64,000 nucleotides of DNA from Candidatus Undinarchaeales archaeon (lineage in GTDB: Archaea; SpSt-1190; JASMDC01). Location: contig JASMDC010000001.1 of NCBI GenBank assembly GCA_030753015.1, forward strand, positions 96,001 to 160,000, in the 5' to 3' direction. Positions 53,894 to 63,458 of the stretch are shown here, one piece after another; position 1 is the stretch's first letter; every line of letters starts with the position of its first letter. Made by a program: the position numbers and the translations under genes. Below the pieces are notes generated by a model. That model ran no database searches. It saw only the letters and a program-made list of their open reading frames with translations, and had not been told where the DNA came from.

Positions 53894-56649
53894 GACGCCT
53901 CCTGGGTGTTCTTCCAGTTACCGGGATTGCCCTGGACCTGGATGAAAGTGGAGTCCTCGCTGTACTCATTCCCCGCCTCCACGCCGATGGTCACCCTGAG
54001 CCGGGAGCCGGGGGCCGGGGGGTTCGGGCAGAGGCGCACATCGGAGAGATGGATGCGGGTGCCGGCAGACGTCATGGTGACATAAGTTATGTCCGGGGAT
54101 ACGTCATAGGAGCCGATGCTGACCTTGAAGCTACCCTTATCGAGCTGTATGGGCGACTCGAGCTGGAGGTACACGTCCATGTCGAACCCGAGAGTGGCCA
54201 GGAGCACGAAGAGCGGATTCTCGAGCGTCCCCGGTTCGACCTTGGTGACCTTTACCGCGAGGGGGGTCTGATCGAGAACCATGAAACCCTCCCAAGCGCT
54301 CCCCTTCCTACCGAGGTAGTTCACAGAGAGGGTGATGAAGTTACCCTTCGGTCTGGTGGCCGAGCGGAACGTGCCTACGACGTCCCACCACCCTGTGAGT
54401 GGATCGTAGGCGGGCGTGACGGCCATCGCGTCGAGGTTGCCTATGGCCAGCTTGACGGCGTCCCGGGGCAGGAAGGTGATGTCCGTGCTCTTCTTGTCCG
54501 TGATGGTGGTCACCACTTTCACCGAGGTCCCGAACTCCAGCCGCTGCAGGCTGACCTTGTTCGGCGACGTGGTCTTGAACGAGATGTCCAGCTCGGCAAG
54601 TTCCTCGGGGAACCATACCTCGAACGGTCGGCGGATGATATGGGTCTCCCCGCCGAACTCGACCAGAAGGAACGCTTCGGTGAGCCCAGGCTCCAGTTCA
54701 CCCCTGAAGCGCATGGAGATACGCCAACCTTGGGCCGGGGAGATGTACTGGATCCGCTCGTCCGTTGATGCAATCCCGCCGAGCCTACCGCTCACTGCGA
54801 CCTGGTTGGTCTTGGAGCCGTCGAGCATCTTCCCCTTGAACCGGAGGTGGCCGGTCCACGCAAGCTCGCTCCCGCGCTCGATGGCGTCGCTGCGGGCATG
54901 ATCGGTGGACAGACCGTCGAGCTCGAACTCCAGAACGAGGGGCTGGCAACCACTGGGCGTGCACACGTCGCCAGTTATACAGGAGGACACTGCTTTCCTG
55001 TTCTCGTCGAGGCACACACAATTGCCGTTGCAGATCTCGCTCATCTCGATACAGGACAGGGTCTGGATGCCGTGCTTCGCCAGGCACTCGCCCTGCTCGT
55101 ACACGATGATGAACGGCGATCGGACCAGCTCCGATTCGTGGCATCCGTCCGATGTGCACTGCGCGTTGAAGGCGCAGACGTCGATGGCCTTATCTTCTGA
55201 GAAGCAGAGGCAGAGTGGGGCAGCATGAGATGTTGGGAGGCACGAGGCGCCCTCGGGGATGCATGGTAGCTTGTATCGTCCCACGGGGAACGAACCACCC
55301 ATGCACAGGTCCGACATGGCCGTGGCGATGGTCGGACGCCATTCCTTGATCTCGATACCTGTGGAGGCAACGGCCTTGAGCTTACCCCCCTTGTACACAG
55401 TGGTCTTGAGCACATAGTCGCCCGAGGGGACGCCCTCATCGATGGGGAGTTGACTGGTCGTGCAACCGGGGGCCTCTTGCTCGGACACGCGTACGTGCTC
55501 GCTGTCCACGAGCTCGAGCTTGCACAGGTCGCCGTCGGCCTCGGTGTGGGCTGAGATGGTCTCGCCTGCAGTGTAGCTGTTCTTATCGGTCTTGGTCGCC
55601 GCGGCGGTGTACCCCAGGCCGCGGAACTCCACAGAGAACGTTGACGAGCCCGTCTGGTCGTCCCCTTGGGCGCGTACCTCGACAGTGTACGTGCCAGGTG
55701 CCCAGGCCGTGGCGGTGCCGATTGCTATGTCCTTGCACGACTCCACGTGCACCGCTTCGACCACAGCTCCCTGGGGGTCCCTGATCCGGATGTCACAGGC
55801 CTCTAGCTCCTGGTCGGAGGACGTACTCACCGTGAAGTCCGAACCGAGGTACACGACCCGCCTGTCGGACGACGCCGTGAAGGGAAGGGCTGAGGCTTTG
55901 ACCTTCACGGACCGTCGTGCCAGCTTGACCGTGCGACCGGTGATCGAGAAGATGTACAGGTCGTGGGTGCCTGCGGCCGTGTCGCCGCTGGTCCCAAGTC
56001 CGAACCGCTCGCACCCGAACGAGAGGGTCCGGGCGAGCAGGGTACCGTCCGGGCTCAGCAGCGCTGCACCGCACAGACTACCGCCGGGGGCAGGGATCGC
56101 GATGCGGTCACCTGCGGTGATGTCCGGCGCAGGAAAGCTAAGGTCGAGCTCGTCGCCCTGCCAGGTGAGGGAGAATGTGATGTTGAAACGCATGTTATCA
56201 ACGTCGCGGAGCACGGTGCGGTGTGTCGGAAGGCGCAGGTTCACGAGGCGTTCCTTGACGTCATAGCCCCCCGTTATGGGGAACTGCCGGGGCACGTATG
56301 CGAGGTTCAGGGTGACGCGGGCGGACATACCGTCCCGCTCGAATCCGTCGAGGAGCAGGATGGGCCGCTCGATGATGGAGACTACAACCCCTGCATCGGA
56401 TCCTGTCGCGGTACGTTTCGCCGAGCAACTGGTGGCCTGCTGGAAGTGGGTCTCACAAAGAGCCTCAAGGTCCGCATCGGTCACCTTGGTGCTCACATAG
56501 TCGGATGGGAGCAGGACCGAGACGGTCGTCAGAGCTTCCGTGAGCGAGGAGACATCGGTCTCCTCCACAACCTGGGTGACCTCGACGACCTCGGCGGTAG
56601 CACTGACGAGAAGGAGCACCACCAGCACCAGAACTCTGCATACCGCCAC
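53887..56649 (-). CDS. Secreted multi-Ig (MG2-like) protein with two Cys-rich modules
   Basis: Sec signal; SDRRVVYLG and TDKNSYTAGE, PGTYTV, SGDYVL Ig motifs; two modules ending CT.(D/S)GC. Confidence 0.75.
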   Translation of the reverse strand: MAVCRVLVLVVLLLVSATAEVVEVTQVVEETDVSSLTEALTTVSVLLPSDYVSTKVTDADLEALCETHFQQATSCSAKRTATGSDAGVVVSIIERPILLLDGFERDGMSARVTLNLAYVPRQFPITGGYDVKERLVNLRLPTHRTVLRDVDNMRFNITFSLTWQGDELDLSFPAPDITAGDRIAIPAPGGSLCGAALLSPDGTLLARTLSFGCERFGLGTSGDTAAGTHDLYIFSITGRTVKLARRSVKVKASALPFTASSDRRVVYLGSDFTVSTSSDQELEACDIRIRDPQGAVVEAVHVESCKDIAIGTATAWAPGTYTVEVRAQGDDQTGSSTFSVEFRGLGYTAAATKTDKNSYTAGETISAHTEADGDLCKLELVDSEHVRVSEQEAPGCTTSQLPIDEGVPSGDYVLKTTVYKGGKLKAVASTGIEIKEWRPTIATAMSDLCMGGSFPVGRYKLPCIPEGASCLPTSHAAPLCLCFSEDKAIDVCAFNAQCTSDGCHESELVRSPFIIVYEQGECLAKHGIQTLSCIEMSEICNGNCVCLDENRKAVSSCITGDVCTPSGCQPLVLEFELDGLSTDHARSDAIERGSELAWTGHLRFKGKMLDGSKTNQVAVSGRLGGIASTDERIQYISPAQGWRISMRFRGELEPGLTEAFLLVEFGGETHIIRRPFEVWFPEELAELDISFKTTSPNKVSLQRLEFGTSVKVVTTITDKKSTDITFLPRDAVKLAIGNLDAMAVTPAYDPLTGWWDVVGTFRSATRPKGNFITLSVNYLGRKGSAWEGFMVLDQTPLAVKVTKVEPGTLENPLFVLLATLGFDMDVYLQLESPIQLDKGSFKVSIGSYDVSPDITYVTMTSAGTRIHLSDVRLCPNPPAPGSRLRVTIGVEAGNEYSEDSTFIQVQGNPGNWKNTQEASC

Positions 56650-56696
56650 ATCGCACCGACCGCTTCCAAAGGTTAAATGGATTTCGGATGCCGCCG

Positions 56697-58019
56697 CTAC
56701 TGTCCCATACGCTCCAATGCGTCGTCCACCGAGCCGAATCCGTAGTGGATGTCGGGGAACCGGGCACGGAGTGCGGACACATCGGGAGCGATCTCCTCAG
56801 GCTTCCGATGTGCGAGGAGGACGTCTATGATGAGATCGCACAGCTCCTCGATATCACCCTCCTTGAAGCCTCGCCTAGTGACCTCCTGGAAACCGATGCG
56901 CAGTCCCGAGGGATCGAACACCGCTTTCGGATCGTCGTAGGGGAGCATGTTCATGTTGAGGATGATGTTGGCTCGTTCCATGGCCTCGGCGACGGCCTTC
57001 CCGCCGCCGTGCGCCTGCACGTCGACGGCGATCTGGTGGGAACGCGTGAAGCCCTTGGCCTCGCCGAGCACCTTGATACCGTTCTCGTTGAGGTACTCGC
57101 CCGCCCGCTGTGCGTTGCGCACCGTCTGGGCGGCGAAGGCCTTGCCGAACTCGCGCATCTCCAGGGCCGCGAGGGTGAGTGCGGGGAGCCGCCTGATGTG
57201 GTGGTTCGAGACAGAGATGGGGAATACGCTGTGCTGGACCTTCCTGGCCGCTTTTCGCATGCGCTCGTCATCGGGGTCGACGTTGGCGATGATGATCGCA
57301 CCCTGGGGGCCGGGGAAGGTCTTGTGCGTGGAGGCGGTCATGAAGTCGGCGCCTTCTCTGAGCGGATCCTGGAACTGGCCGCCCGCGATGAGCCCGAGCA
57401 CGTGCGCCGCATCGTACATCACGAAGCCGCCCACCTCGCGGACCACGTCCGCGAGCTCACGGACCGGGTGGGGGAACTGGAACAGACTACCGCCGAAGGT
57501 GACGATGCCCGGCTCGACCTTCCGGATGATCTTCGCCGATTCGTCGGGATCGATGTTCATCTCCTCGACGTTGAAGCCATGGTCCACGGTCTCCAGGCCG
57601 AGGACATGGCCTGCCAGTCCATGGCGGTCATGGCTGATGTGCGCGCCGTAGTTGACAGGCGCCACCACCATCCGCAGGTTGCCCGTCACCCTGGACAGAC
57701 CCCGGAAGGTGCACATGTTCGCGATGCATCCTGAGACGGGGCGAACATCGATGAAGCTGGCGCCCAGGAGATCCTTCAGGGCCTGGGCGGCCAGACGCTC
57801 TATCGGGCCTATGAACCGCTGCCCCTGGTAGAACCGCATGGTGGGAAAACCATCAAGGTCGTTCATTCCCTCGGCGTAACGATGCCAGAGGTCGTGACAT
57901 CGATCGTACATCTCGTGAACGGCCGGCGAGGGGCAGCCCTCGCTGGCGATGAGATTGATCGTCTCCTCGCCACGCCATTGCTCATGGCCGTTCACGACAT
58001 CGACAAGCTCCCGTATCAT
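56697..58019 (-). CDS. glyA: Serine hydroxymethyltransferase (archaeal type)
   Basis: NLIASE, RYAEG, GAHISH, YDAAHVLGLIAG, STHKTFPGPQG, SNHH, SGLRIG. Confidence 0.95.
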   Translation of the reverse strand: MIRELVDVVNGHEQWRGEETINLIASEGCPSPAVHEMYDRCHDLWHRYAEGMNDLDGFPTMRFYQGQRFIGPIERLAAQALKDLLGASFIDVRPVSGCIANMCTFRGLSRVTGNLRMVVAPVNYGAHISHDRHGLAGHVLGLETVDHGFNVEEMNIDPDESAKIIRKVEPGIVTFGGSLFQFPHPVRELADVVREVGGFVMYDAAHVLGLIAGGQFQDPLREGADFMTASTHKTFPGPQGAIIIANVDPDDERMRKAARKVQHSVFPISVSNHHIRRLPALTLAALEMREFGKAFAAQTVRNAQRAGEYLNENGIKVLGEAKGFTRSHQIAVDVQAHGGGKAVAEAMERANIILNMNMLPYDDPKAVFDPSGLRIGFQEVTRRGFKEGDIEELCDLIIDVLLAHRKPEEIAPDVSALRARFPDIHYGFGSVDDALERMGQ

Positions 58020-58106
58020 ATGTTCTCACCAGGTGAAACCCGCAGGGGGTAACAGACCGTGCCAAGTTGACTATTATATAAAAACTTCGTGGATGGACGC
58101 GCACCA

Positions 58107-58484
58107 TCACCGGTGCAGGGGTGAGAGCGCACAGAGAAGGGCGTCCCCCGCCTCGAAACGGTCCACGGATGCCAGTGTATGGAAGTGGCCTTTCACGCTC
58201 ACGATGATGACGTCCCCCTCCTCGACCCGTCCGAGGTGGTCTACGGGAACGGGCTCGCGGAGGTCCGATGCGTCAGTCAGGTTCACGTGCCCCAGCTTGC
58301 GGAAGGCATCGTAGGGATTCTTGCACGGCGCCAGATGGATAAAGGACGTATAGGCGTTGACGAGATCGAGGATGGTCGACATCCGGGCCTGGCACTCGAT
58401 GAGCCGGTTGATGTCCATGTCCAGGGCCGAATCGCCGGTGCCACGGTCCCTCTCTATCTGCGGTCGGTCGTCCTTTTCCAGCAT
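58107..58484 (-). CDS. Hypothetical protein (125 aa)
   Basis: ATG 58484 after ccttttattt promoter-like element; plausible composition; no family recognised. Confidence 0.55.
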   Translation of the reverse strand: MLEKDDRPQIERDRGTGDSALDMDINRLIECQARMSTILDLVNAYTSFIHLAPCKNPYDAFRKLGHVNLTDASDLREPVPVDHLGRVEEGDVIIVSVKGHFHTLASVDRFEAGDALLCALSPLHR

Positions 58485-58626
58485 GACGCTTGCCGGTTGA
58501 ACCCTAGACCCATCGAAATAAAAAGGTTTCAGGGATGGGCGCCCGCGCCCCCCAGAGGTCATGCAGAGGTAAGGGGAGAACGGCGGTTGAGTCCGGGTGA
58601 GCGGCACTGACCGGGCACGATCTGAT

Positions 58627-59634
58627 CTACAGTAGGGACCGCACCCTTCCGATCTCTCCCTTGATGTCGTTGTCCAGACTGAGGAACAGGGTGTCGAAAT
58701 AGTACTCGTGGAGTGACTGGGCCACCCTCTCGCTCCTGATGACGAACAGCATGTTCGGTCCGGGTTCCGGCTCGTCCCGATGCCCGAAATCCCTCGACAG
58801 GATCTCGTTCGTTGAGGGATCGGTGTACAGGAACGAGCCGATCTTGTCAGTTAGATGGACCTCTGCGACGTGGCCGGCCACCCTCGAGCCGAACGCGACC
58901 TTGACCCTGGGTTTCAGCATATCTATAGCATGTTCGAGGTTATCGAGGTATCTTGCGATGTTCTCCGGACCACCGAAGAGCTCCGGCTCTCTTGCCATGC
59001 GATCGATGTCGATGATGTAGTGGATGAACAGCTTCCTGTCCCTGAGCGTGTCGATGATGGACCTGACATAGCTCGCGAAGCCCGTGGTGCCGATCTCTGC
59101 TCCATCGAGGTACTTCCTCGAGAGGTCCGAACAGAGAGTGGGTATGGTGCAGATCGAGATGATCCTCGACCTCCTGGACGGTTTCGCGTCACGGATGGCG
59201 GATGCGAGGAAGTCCCAGATCTTGTCCTCCTCCCTGATGGAGTACACGAACGATTTCGCAAAGGAGCTCTTGAGCTGGTAGATGTCCTGGACCTGCTTCT
59301 CCACACCTTTCGCTTCCTGCTGGAGCGACCTTATCCCCCGGTCGAGGATGTGTGCGAGCGAGGACGGGTTCGTGGCGAAGTACCGGGTCGGGTGATCGAC
59401 CGTCTTTGAAGCGACCCCCTTTTCGACGAGCGAGTTGAGGATCGTGTAGACCTTCTTCGTCGAGAACGAGATGTTCTCCCGGGAGGAGAAGTCAAGGATC
59501 TCCCTGACGGTCATAGGCACTCCCTCTCTCAGGAGGACGTAGTACATAAGGCACTCCTGTGACGAGAAACCGAACTTCTGGAGGTTGCCCAGGGGCGCAG
59601 GATCGACGACCCTCGGTCGGAGGCTTCCTTCCAC
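58627..59634 (-). CDS. TrmB-family transcriptional regulator
   Basis: LQKFGFS..MYYVLL, KVYTILNSLVEKG, PTRYFATNP, coiled coil, C-terminal effector domain. Confidence 0.85.
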   Translation of the reverse strand: MEGSLRPRVVDPAPLGNLQKFGFSSQECLMYYVLLREGVPMTVREILDFSSRENISFSTKKVYTILNSLVEKGVASKTVDHPTRYFATNPSSLAHILDRGIRSLQQEAKGVEKQVQDIYQLKSSFAKSFVYSIREEDKIWDFLASAIRDAKPSRRSRIISICTIPTLCSDLSRKYLDGAEIGTTGFASYVRSIIDTLRDRKLFIHYIIDIDRMAREPELFGGPENIARYLDNLEHAIDMLKPRVKVAFGSRVAGHVAEVHLTDKIGSFLYTDPSTNEILSRDFGHRDEPEPGPNMLFVIRSERVAQSLHEYYFDTLFLSLDNDIKGEIGRVRSLL

Positions 59635-59675
59635 GGGGATGGAGTGAGCAAGTAACGATAAAAGGTTTCTCCCGG

Positions 59676-60131
59676 TTACTCGATATAGAATCCGTCGCCC
59701 ACCTGCTCGGCGGTCCCGGTCAGGTCCATTATCGTCAGGAGATGGCTGATGTAATCGAGCATCCTCCCGCCGCCCGGATTTCGGGTGGTGACACCGCTTA
59801 CAGTAACATACCCGTCACCCAGGTCGTTAGGAAGGATACCAAGGGTGACCATGTCCCGGATGCCCAGCAGCATCGAGGAGAAGTAGGGAATACCGCCAGA
59901 CTTCCCGGAGTAGTATCGGTTCGCCGTATAGCCGCTCCCATCGCCCAGTTCGCCAGAGGATGTGCAGGTATCGAAGGAGTTGGACGCACCTCCGTAGGAG
60001 AACGCATAGTTGACGACATCATCAGAATCGCGGTCCCGCGATCCACTGTAATAGGGATCGGACTCGAGGGCGTCGTTGAAATGATCGAATGAGGAGGTAG
60101 ACGGATCGAACGGGGATATGAACGGCACCAT
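59676..60131 (-). CDS. Hypothetical Ser/Gly/Asp-rich ORF, possibly a gene remnant
   Basis: 151-aa ORF; weak resemblance of YSGKSGGIPYFSSML to the subtilase C-terminal GxSxxxP motif. Confidence 0.35.
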   Translation of the reverse strand: MVPFISPFDPSTSSFDHFNDALESDPYYSGSRDRDSDDVVNYAFSYGGASNSFDTCTSSGELGDGSGYTANRYYSGKSGGIPYFSSMLLGIRDMVTLGILPNDLGDGYVTVSGVTTRNPGGGRMLDYISHLLTIMDLTGTAEQVGDGFYIE

Positions 60132-60546
60132 TCCTTGTTCCTCACGTACCCTCAGCGTCCCCCTGGCGGCCGCCAGGTTCGTTAGCTGACACCAAGGCCG
60201 TCCGTCCCTGAACCGACCTTGTACACTGCCAGCCCTTTCGCTTGGACCGAAGGGTGACTTTTACTGACTATAAACATTTCGCGCCATTTCCCCCGGGGAA
60301 AAGGGGGAAAAATGATCCCCGACGTTCCGATACATTGACGTCCCGTCCAGGGGCTCCCAATAGCGGCCTGCCTACGGATTGATTGGAGAAGGAAACGCAC
60401 CGGTCGGAGGAATGCTCCGTACTGCAAAACGAATTCGGAGCCATCCATTGTTTCCAACTGATGTGTCGGCTATAGGGCCTGGGCGCTCCGTGGCACGCGA
60501 CCGAGCGAACACCTTATAAATCTGCCAGACCCGGGAACGCCTTCAG

Positions 60547-61893
60547 ATGAAGATTGCCTTGGTCGCCCCGCCGGTCGACTTCCGATTCCACATCCTCCCA
60601 CCCCTTGGCCTCCTGTCCATCTCATCGTATATCAGATGGGATCACGATGTCGAGGTGATCGACTGCATAAAACTCGGGATTGGCCCAGAAGACGCCGTAG
60701 GGCTGCTGGCGGACGCGGACATAATCGGCGTGAGCAGCAACTGGTCCTGCAATGTCCTCAACACGGCCACGCTCGTGAGTCTGGTCAAGGAGCGGTACCC
60801 CGACAAGACCGTGGTCTGTGGCGGGATGCACGCCACCTTCGCACCTCAAGCACTGTTGGACGCCGGTTGCGATGCCGTTGCATTGGGGGAGGCGGAAGAG
60901 ACCTTCAGGGAGCTAGTGGGCGCTGTCGGAGCAGGCCGTTCGCTGTCCAGCGTTCCGGGGCTCGCTCTACGCGGCAGGGACGGATGCGTAATAACGGGAA
61001 AAAGGCAGCGGATCCGCGACCTGGACGAGATGCCGATGCCCTCCTGGGACCTCGTCGGCACCACGTACCCGAGCCCCGTGGGTCGCATGAGCATATTGGA
61101 GACCAGCCGCGGATGCATCCACAGGTGCACGTTCTGCTCTTCGAGCTCGTTCTGGGACTTCACCTGGCGTGGGAAGTCCCCGGAGCGCGTGGTGGACGAG
61201 TTCGCATATCTGTCGGCCGCGGGCACCGACTTCATATTCACCGCCGACGACTGCGCCACGTCGGACCCGGAGCGCCTCGCGACCATCTGCCGCAGGCTCA
61301 TAGAGGAGGGGAACGAGGTAGGATGGTGGAGCAGTGCACGGGCGGACGTGCTCGCACGCCGCCCCGAGCTCGCATCCCTCATGGCCCGCGCAGGGTGCAG
61401 GATCGCAGGGGTCGGCCACGAGTCCGCGAGCCAGTCGATCCTCGACCAGTGCCGCAAGGGCATCACCGAGGAGATGAACGACAAGGCCATCAAGGTGCTG
61501 AGGGACAACGGGATCATGAGCGGCGGGACCGTGATCATAGGATTCCCCGGGGAGTCGGAGGAGAGCATGCGCAGCTCCGTTGAGCTGGCCATGGAGCTGG
61601 ACTTCCCTGGCATCTGCATCCTCCGTCCGTACCCCGGTACCGAGTACGAGAACCCGGCCATGAGCCCCGAGGACTACGCCAAGCTGAACCTTGGGTGCTC
61701 GCTCCTCCACGAGGAACCGGAGCTCGTGGAGCTGATCCAGAAGGCAGGAGCGCTCCAGATATACCTCCGACCCCGGACGCTGAAGCAGCTCGCCAGCCGG
61801 GATCCGTTCGTCCGTGGGTGGGCGGCCATGACCTACCGGGAGCTGACTTCCATGTTACTGGCGCGAGTGAGGCTCGGTCTCAGGTCGCTGTAG
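60547..61893 (+). CDS. B12-binding-domain radical SAM protein
   Basis: PPLGLLSI, GGMHAT, GEAEET, ETSRGCIHRCTFC, ADD, GHES, IIGFPGES, PYPGT; TTTATAAA box upstream. Confidence 0.93.
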   Translation: MKIALVAPPVDFRFHILPPLGLLSISSYIRWDHDVEVIDCIKLGIGPEDAVGLLADADIIGVSSNWSCNVLNTATLVSLVKERYPDKTVVCGGMHATFAPQALLDAGCDAVALGEAEETFRELVGAVGAGRSLSSVPGLALRGRDGCVITGKRQRIRDLDEMPMPSWDLVGTTYPSPVGRMSILETSRGCIHRCTFCSSSSFWDFTWRGKSPERVVDEFAYLSAAGTDFIFTADDCATSDPERLATICRRLIEEGNEVGWWSSARADVLARRPELASLMARAGCRIAGVGHESASQSILDQCRKGITEEMNDKAIKVLRDNGIMSGGTVIIGFPGESEESMRSSVELAMELDFPGICILRPYPGTEYENPAMSPEDYAKLNLGCSLLHEEPELVELIQKAGALQIYLRPRTLKQLASRDPFVRGWAAMTYRELTSMLLARVRLGLRSL

Positions 61894-62152
61894 CGGTGTC
61901 CGGGGCACGGACAGCGCGCGCTCAGTAGCAGTTGTGAAGGATCAGGGGAGTGATGAGCTATGCATGGTGGTCACCACCGGAGGAGCCGTGGTAGGATCCC
62001 TCTCCCAGCAGGCCGCAGGAGTCGGCCTCGATGAGTATCAAGGCGAGGAACGCGTCGCACATCTCCATGTCCCACGGCATCTCGACTATTGACGCAGGTG
62101 ATGCCCGTGCAGCTAATTAGGGATTGGGGGGTCGGTCGGAATCCCGCCGACC

Positions 62153-63454
62153 TCACATCAGCCGCAGCTCGCGCGCTTGCTCCTCCAGACCCTCCCTGAA
62201 CCTCGGATGGGCGATGCCGATCAGCGCCCTGGTCCGCTCACGGAGCGACTTCCCCCTCAGCTTCACCGTGCCGTACTCCGTGACGATGTGGTCGATGTCC
62301 TGCCGCGGGATGGTGTAGGCGCTCCCGACCTTGTGGGTGGGGACGATGGTCGAGATGGTGTCGTTCTTCACCGTGGAGCGGAGGGCGATGATGCCCTTCC
62401 CCTCCTTGGACATGACCGCGCCCCGGTGGGTGTCGAGCTGCCCGCCGGTACCGCTGTAGTGCTGGGTCCCCAGCGACTCGGAGCACACGTTGCCCGCCAG
62501 GTCGATGGCGAGCGCGGTGTTGAGGCTGACCATGTTGTCGTTCTTCGCGATGACGTACGGGCTGTTGACCCATGATCCCTTGCGGAACTCGATGCCGGGA
62601 TTGTCGTGGATGAAATCGTACATGCTCTTCGTGCCCAGGGCGAATGTACACACGGTATTGCCGCGGTGGAAGTTCTTCCTCCGGTTCGTGATGACGCCAT
62701 GGCTGAAGAGGTCCATCATGCCCTCGGTGAGCATCTCCGTGTGGATCCCAAGGTCCTTCTTCTCCATCAGGAACCCCGTCATGGCGTTGGGGATGCCGCC
62801 GATGCCGATCTGCAGCGTGGCGCCGTCCGGGATCAGCTCTGACACGTGCTCGGCGATCGTCTCGTCGATGGGTGTCCCCTTGGTGGGGAACAGCTGCGGG
62901 AGGTCGTAGGTGTACTCGTACACCTGGTCGACGTCCGAGATGTGGACGACCGTGTCGCCGAAGGTCCGCGGTGCGTTCTCGTTCACCTCCAGCACGACCA
63001 TGTCGGCATGGTCGAAGATGTCCCGCTCATAGGTCGCGGAGATGGAGAGGGACAGGAAACCGTTCTTGTCCATGGGGGACGCGACCCCCCAGAATATGTC
63101 CACGGGCCCCTCGCTGATAAGGTTCGTCCCCGCCATGTGGAGGTTGTTGGGCACGAAGCTTACCGTGTTCCTTCCCTCCGCAACGATTTCGCGCTGCGCG
63201 ACATTGAAGAACCACGAGTTGTTGACGAACGACTTTGCCATCTCCTTGTCGGTGTACCAGGCGTACCGCGCCATGTTCAGACAGGTGTACACGTCGACAT
63301 TCTTGACCTGGTCCTTGATCGTATGCAGGTTCTCCATCAGCCCACGCGACTCCATGGCGCCCAGGCCCGTGACCACCTTAATGTTAGAGCGTATGTTCCG
63401 GAGGGCGGTCTCCACGGAAGTGTTCTTCCTCTCGTACTCCTTTGTGAAACCCAT
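62153..63454 (-). CDS. Acetyl-CoA hydrolase/CoA-transferase (4-hydroxybutyrate CoA-transferase-like)
   Basis: DGATLQIGIGGIP, LGIHTEM, SGTGGQLD, VTEYG..LRGK..ER..LI.IAHP.FR. Confidence 0.92.
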   Translation of the reverse strand: MGFTKEYERKNTSVETALRNIRSNIKVVTGLGAMESRGLMENLHTIKDQVKNVDVYTCLNMARYAWYTDKEMAKSFVNNSWFFNVAQREIVAEGRNTVSFVPNNLHMAGTNLISEGPVDIFWGVASPMDKNGFLSLSISATYERDIFDHADMVVLEVNENAPRTFGDTVVHISDVDQVYEYTYDLPQLFPTKGTPIDETIAEHVSELIPDGATLQIGIGGIPNAMTGFLMEKKDLGIHTEMLTEGMMDLFSHGVITNRRKNFHRGNTVCTFALGTKSMYDFIHDNPGIEFRKGSWVNSPYVIAKNDNMVSLNTALAIDLAGNVCSESLGTQHYSGTGGQLDTHRGAVMSKEGKGIIALRSTVKNDTISTIVPTHKVGSAYTIPRQDIDHIVTEYGTVKLRGKSLRERTRALIGIAHPRFREGLEEQARELRLM

Positions 63455-63458
63455 CGCC

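Noticed and set aside
61923-62080. Short minus-strand ORF MPWDMEMCDAFL..DHHA with TAG followed by LITPLILHNCY*, a possible amber readthrough or RiPP precursor for the radical SAM enzyme
   Set aside because: No SD or promoter support, no pyl genes seen, convergent to the enzyme; most likely noise or a gene remnant
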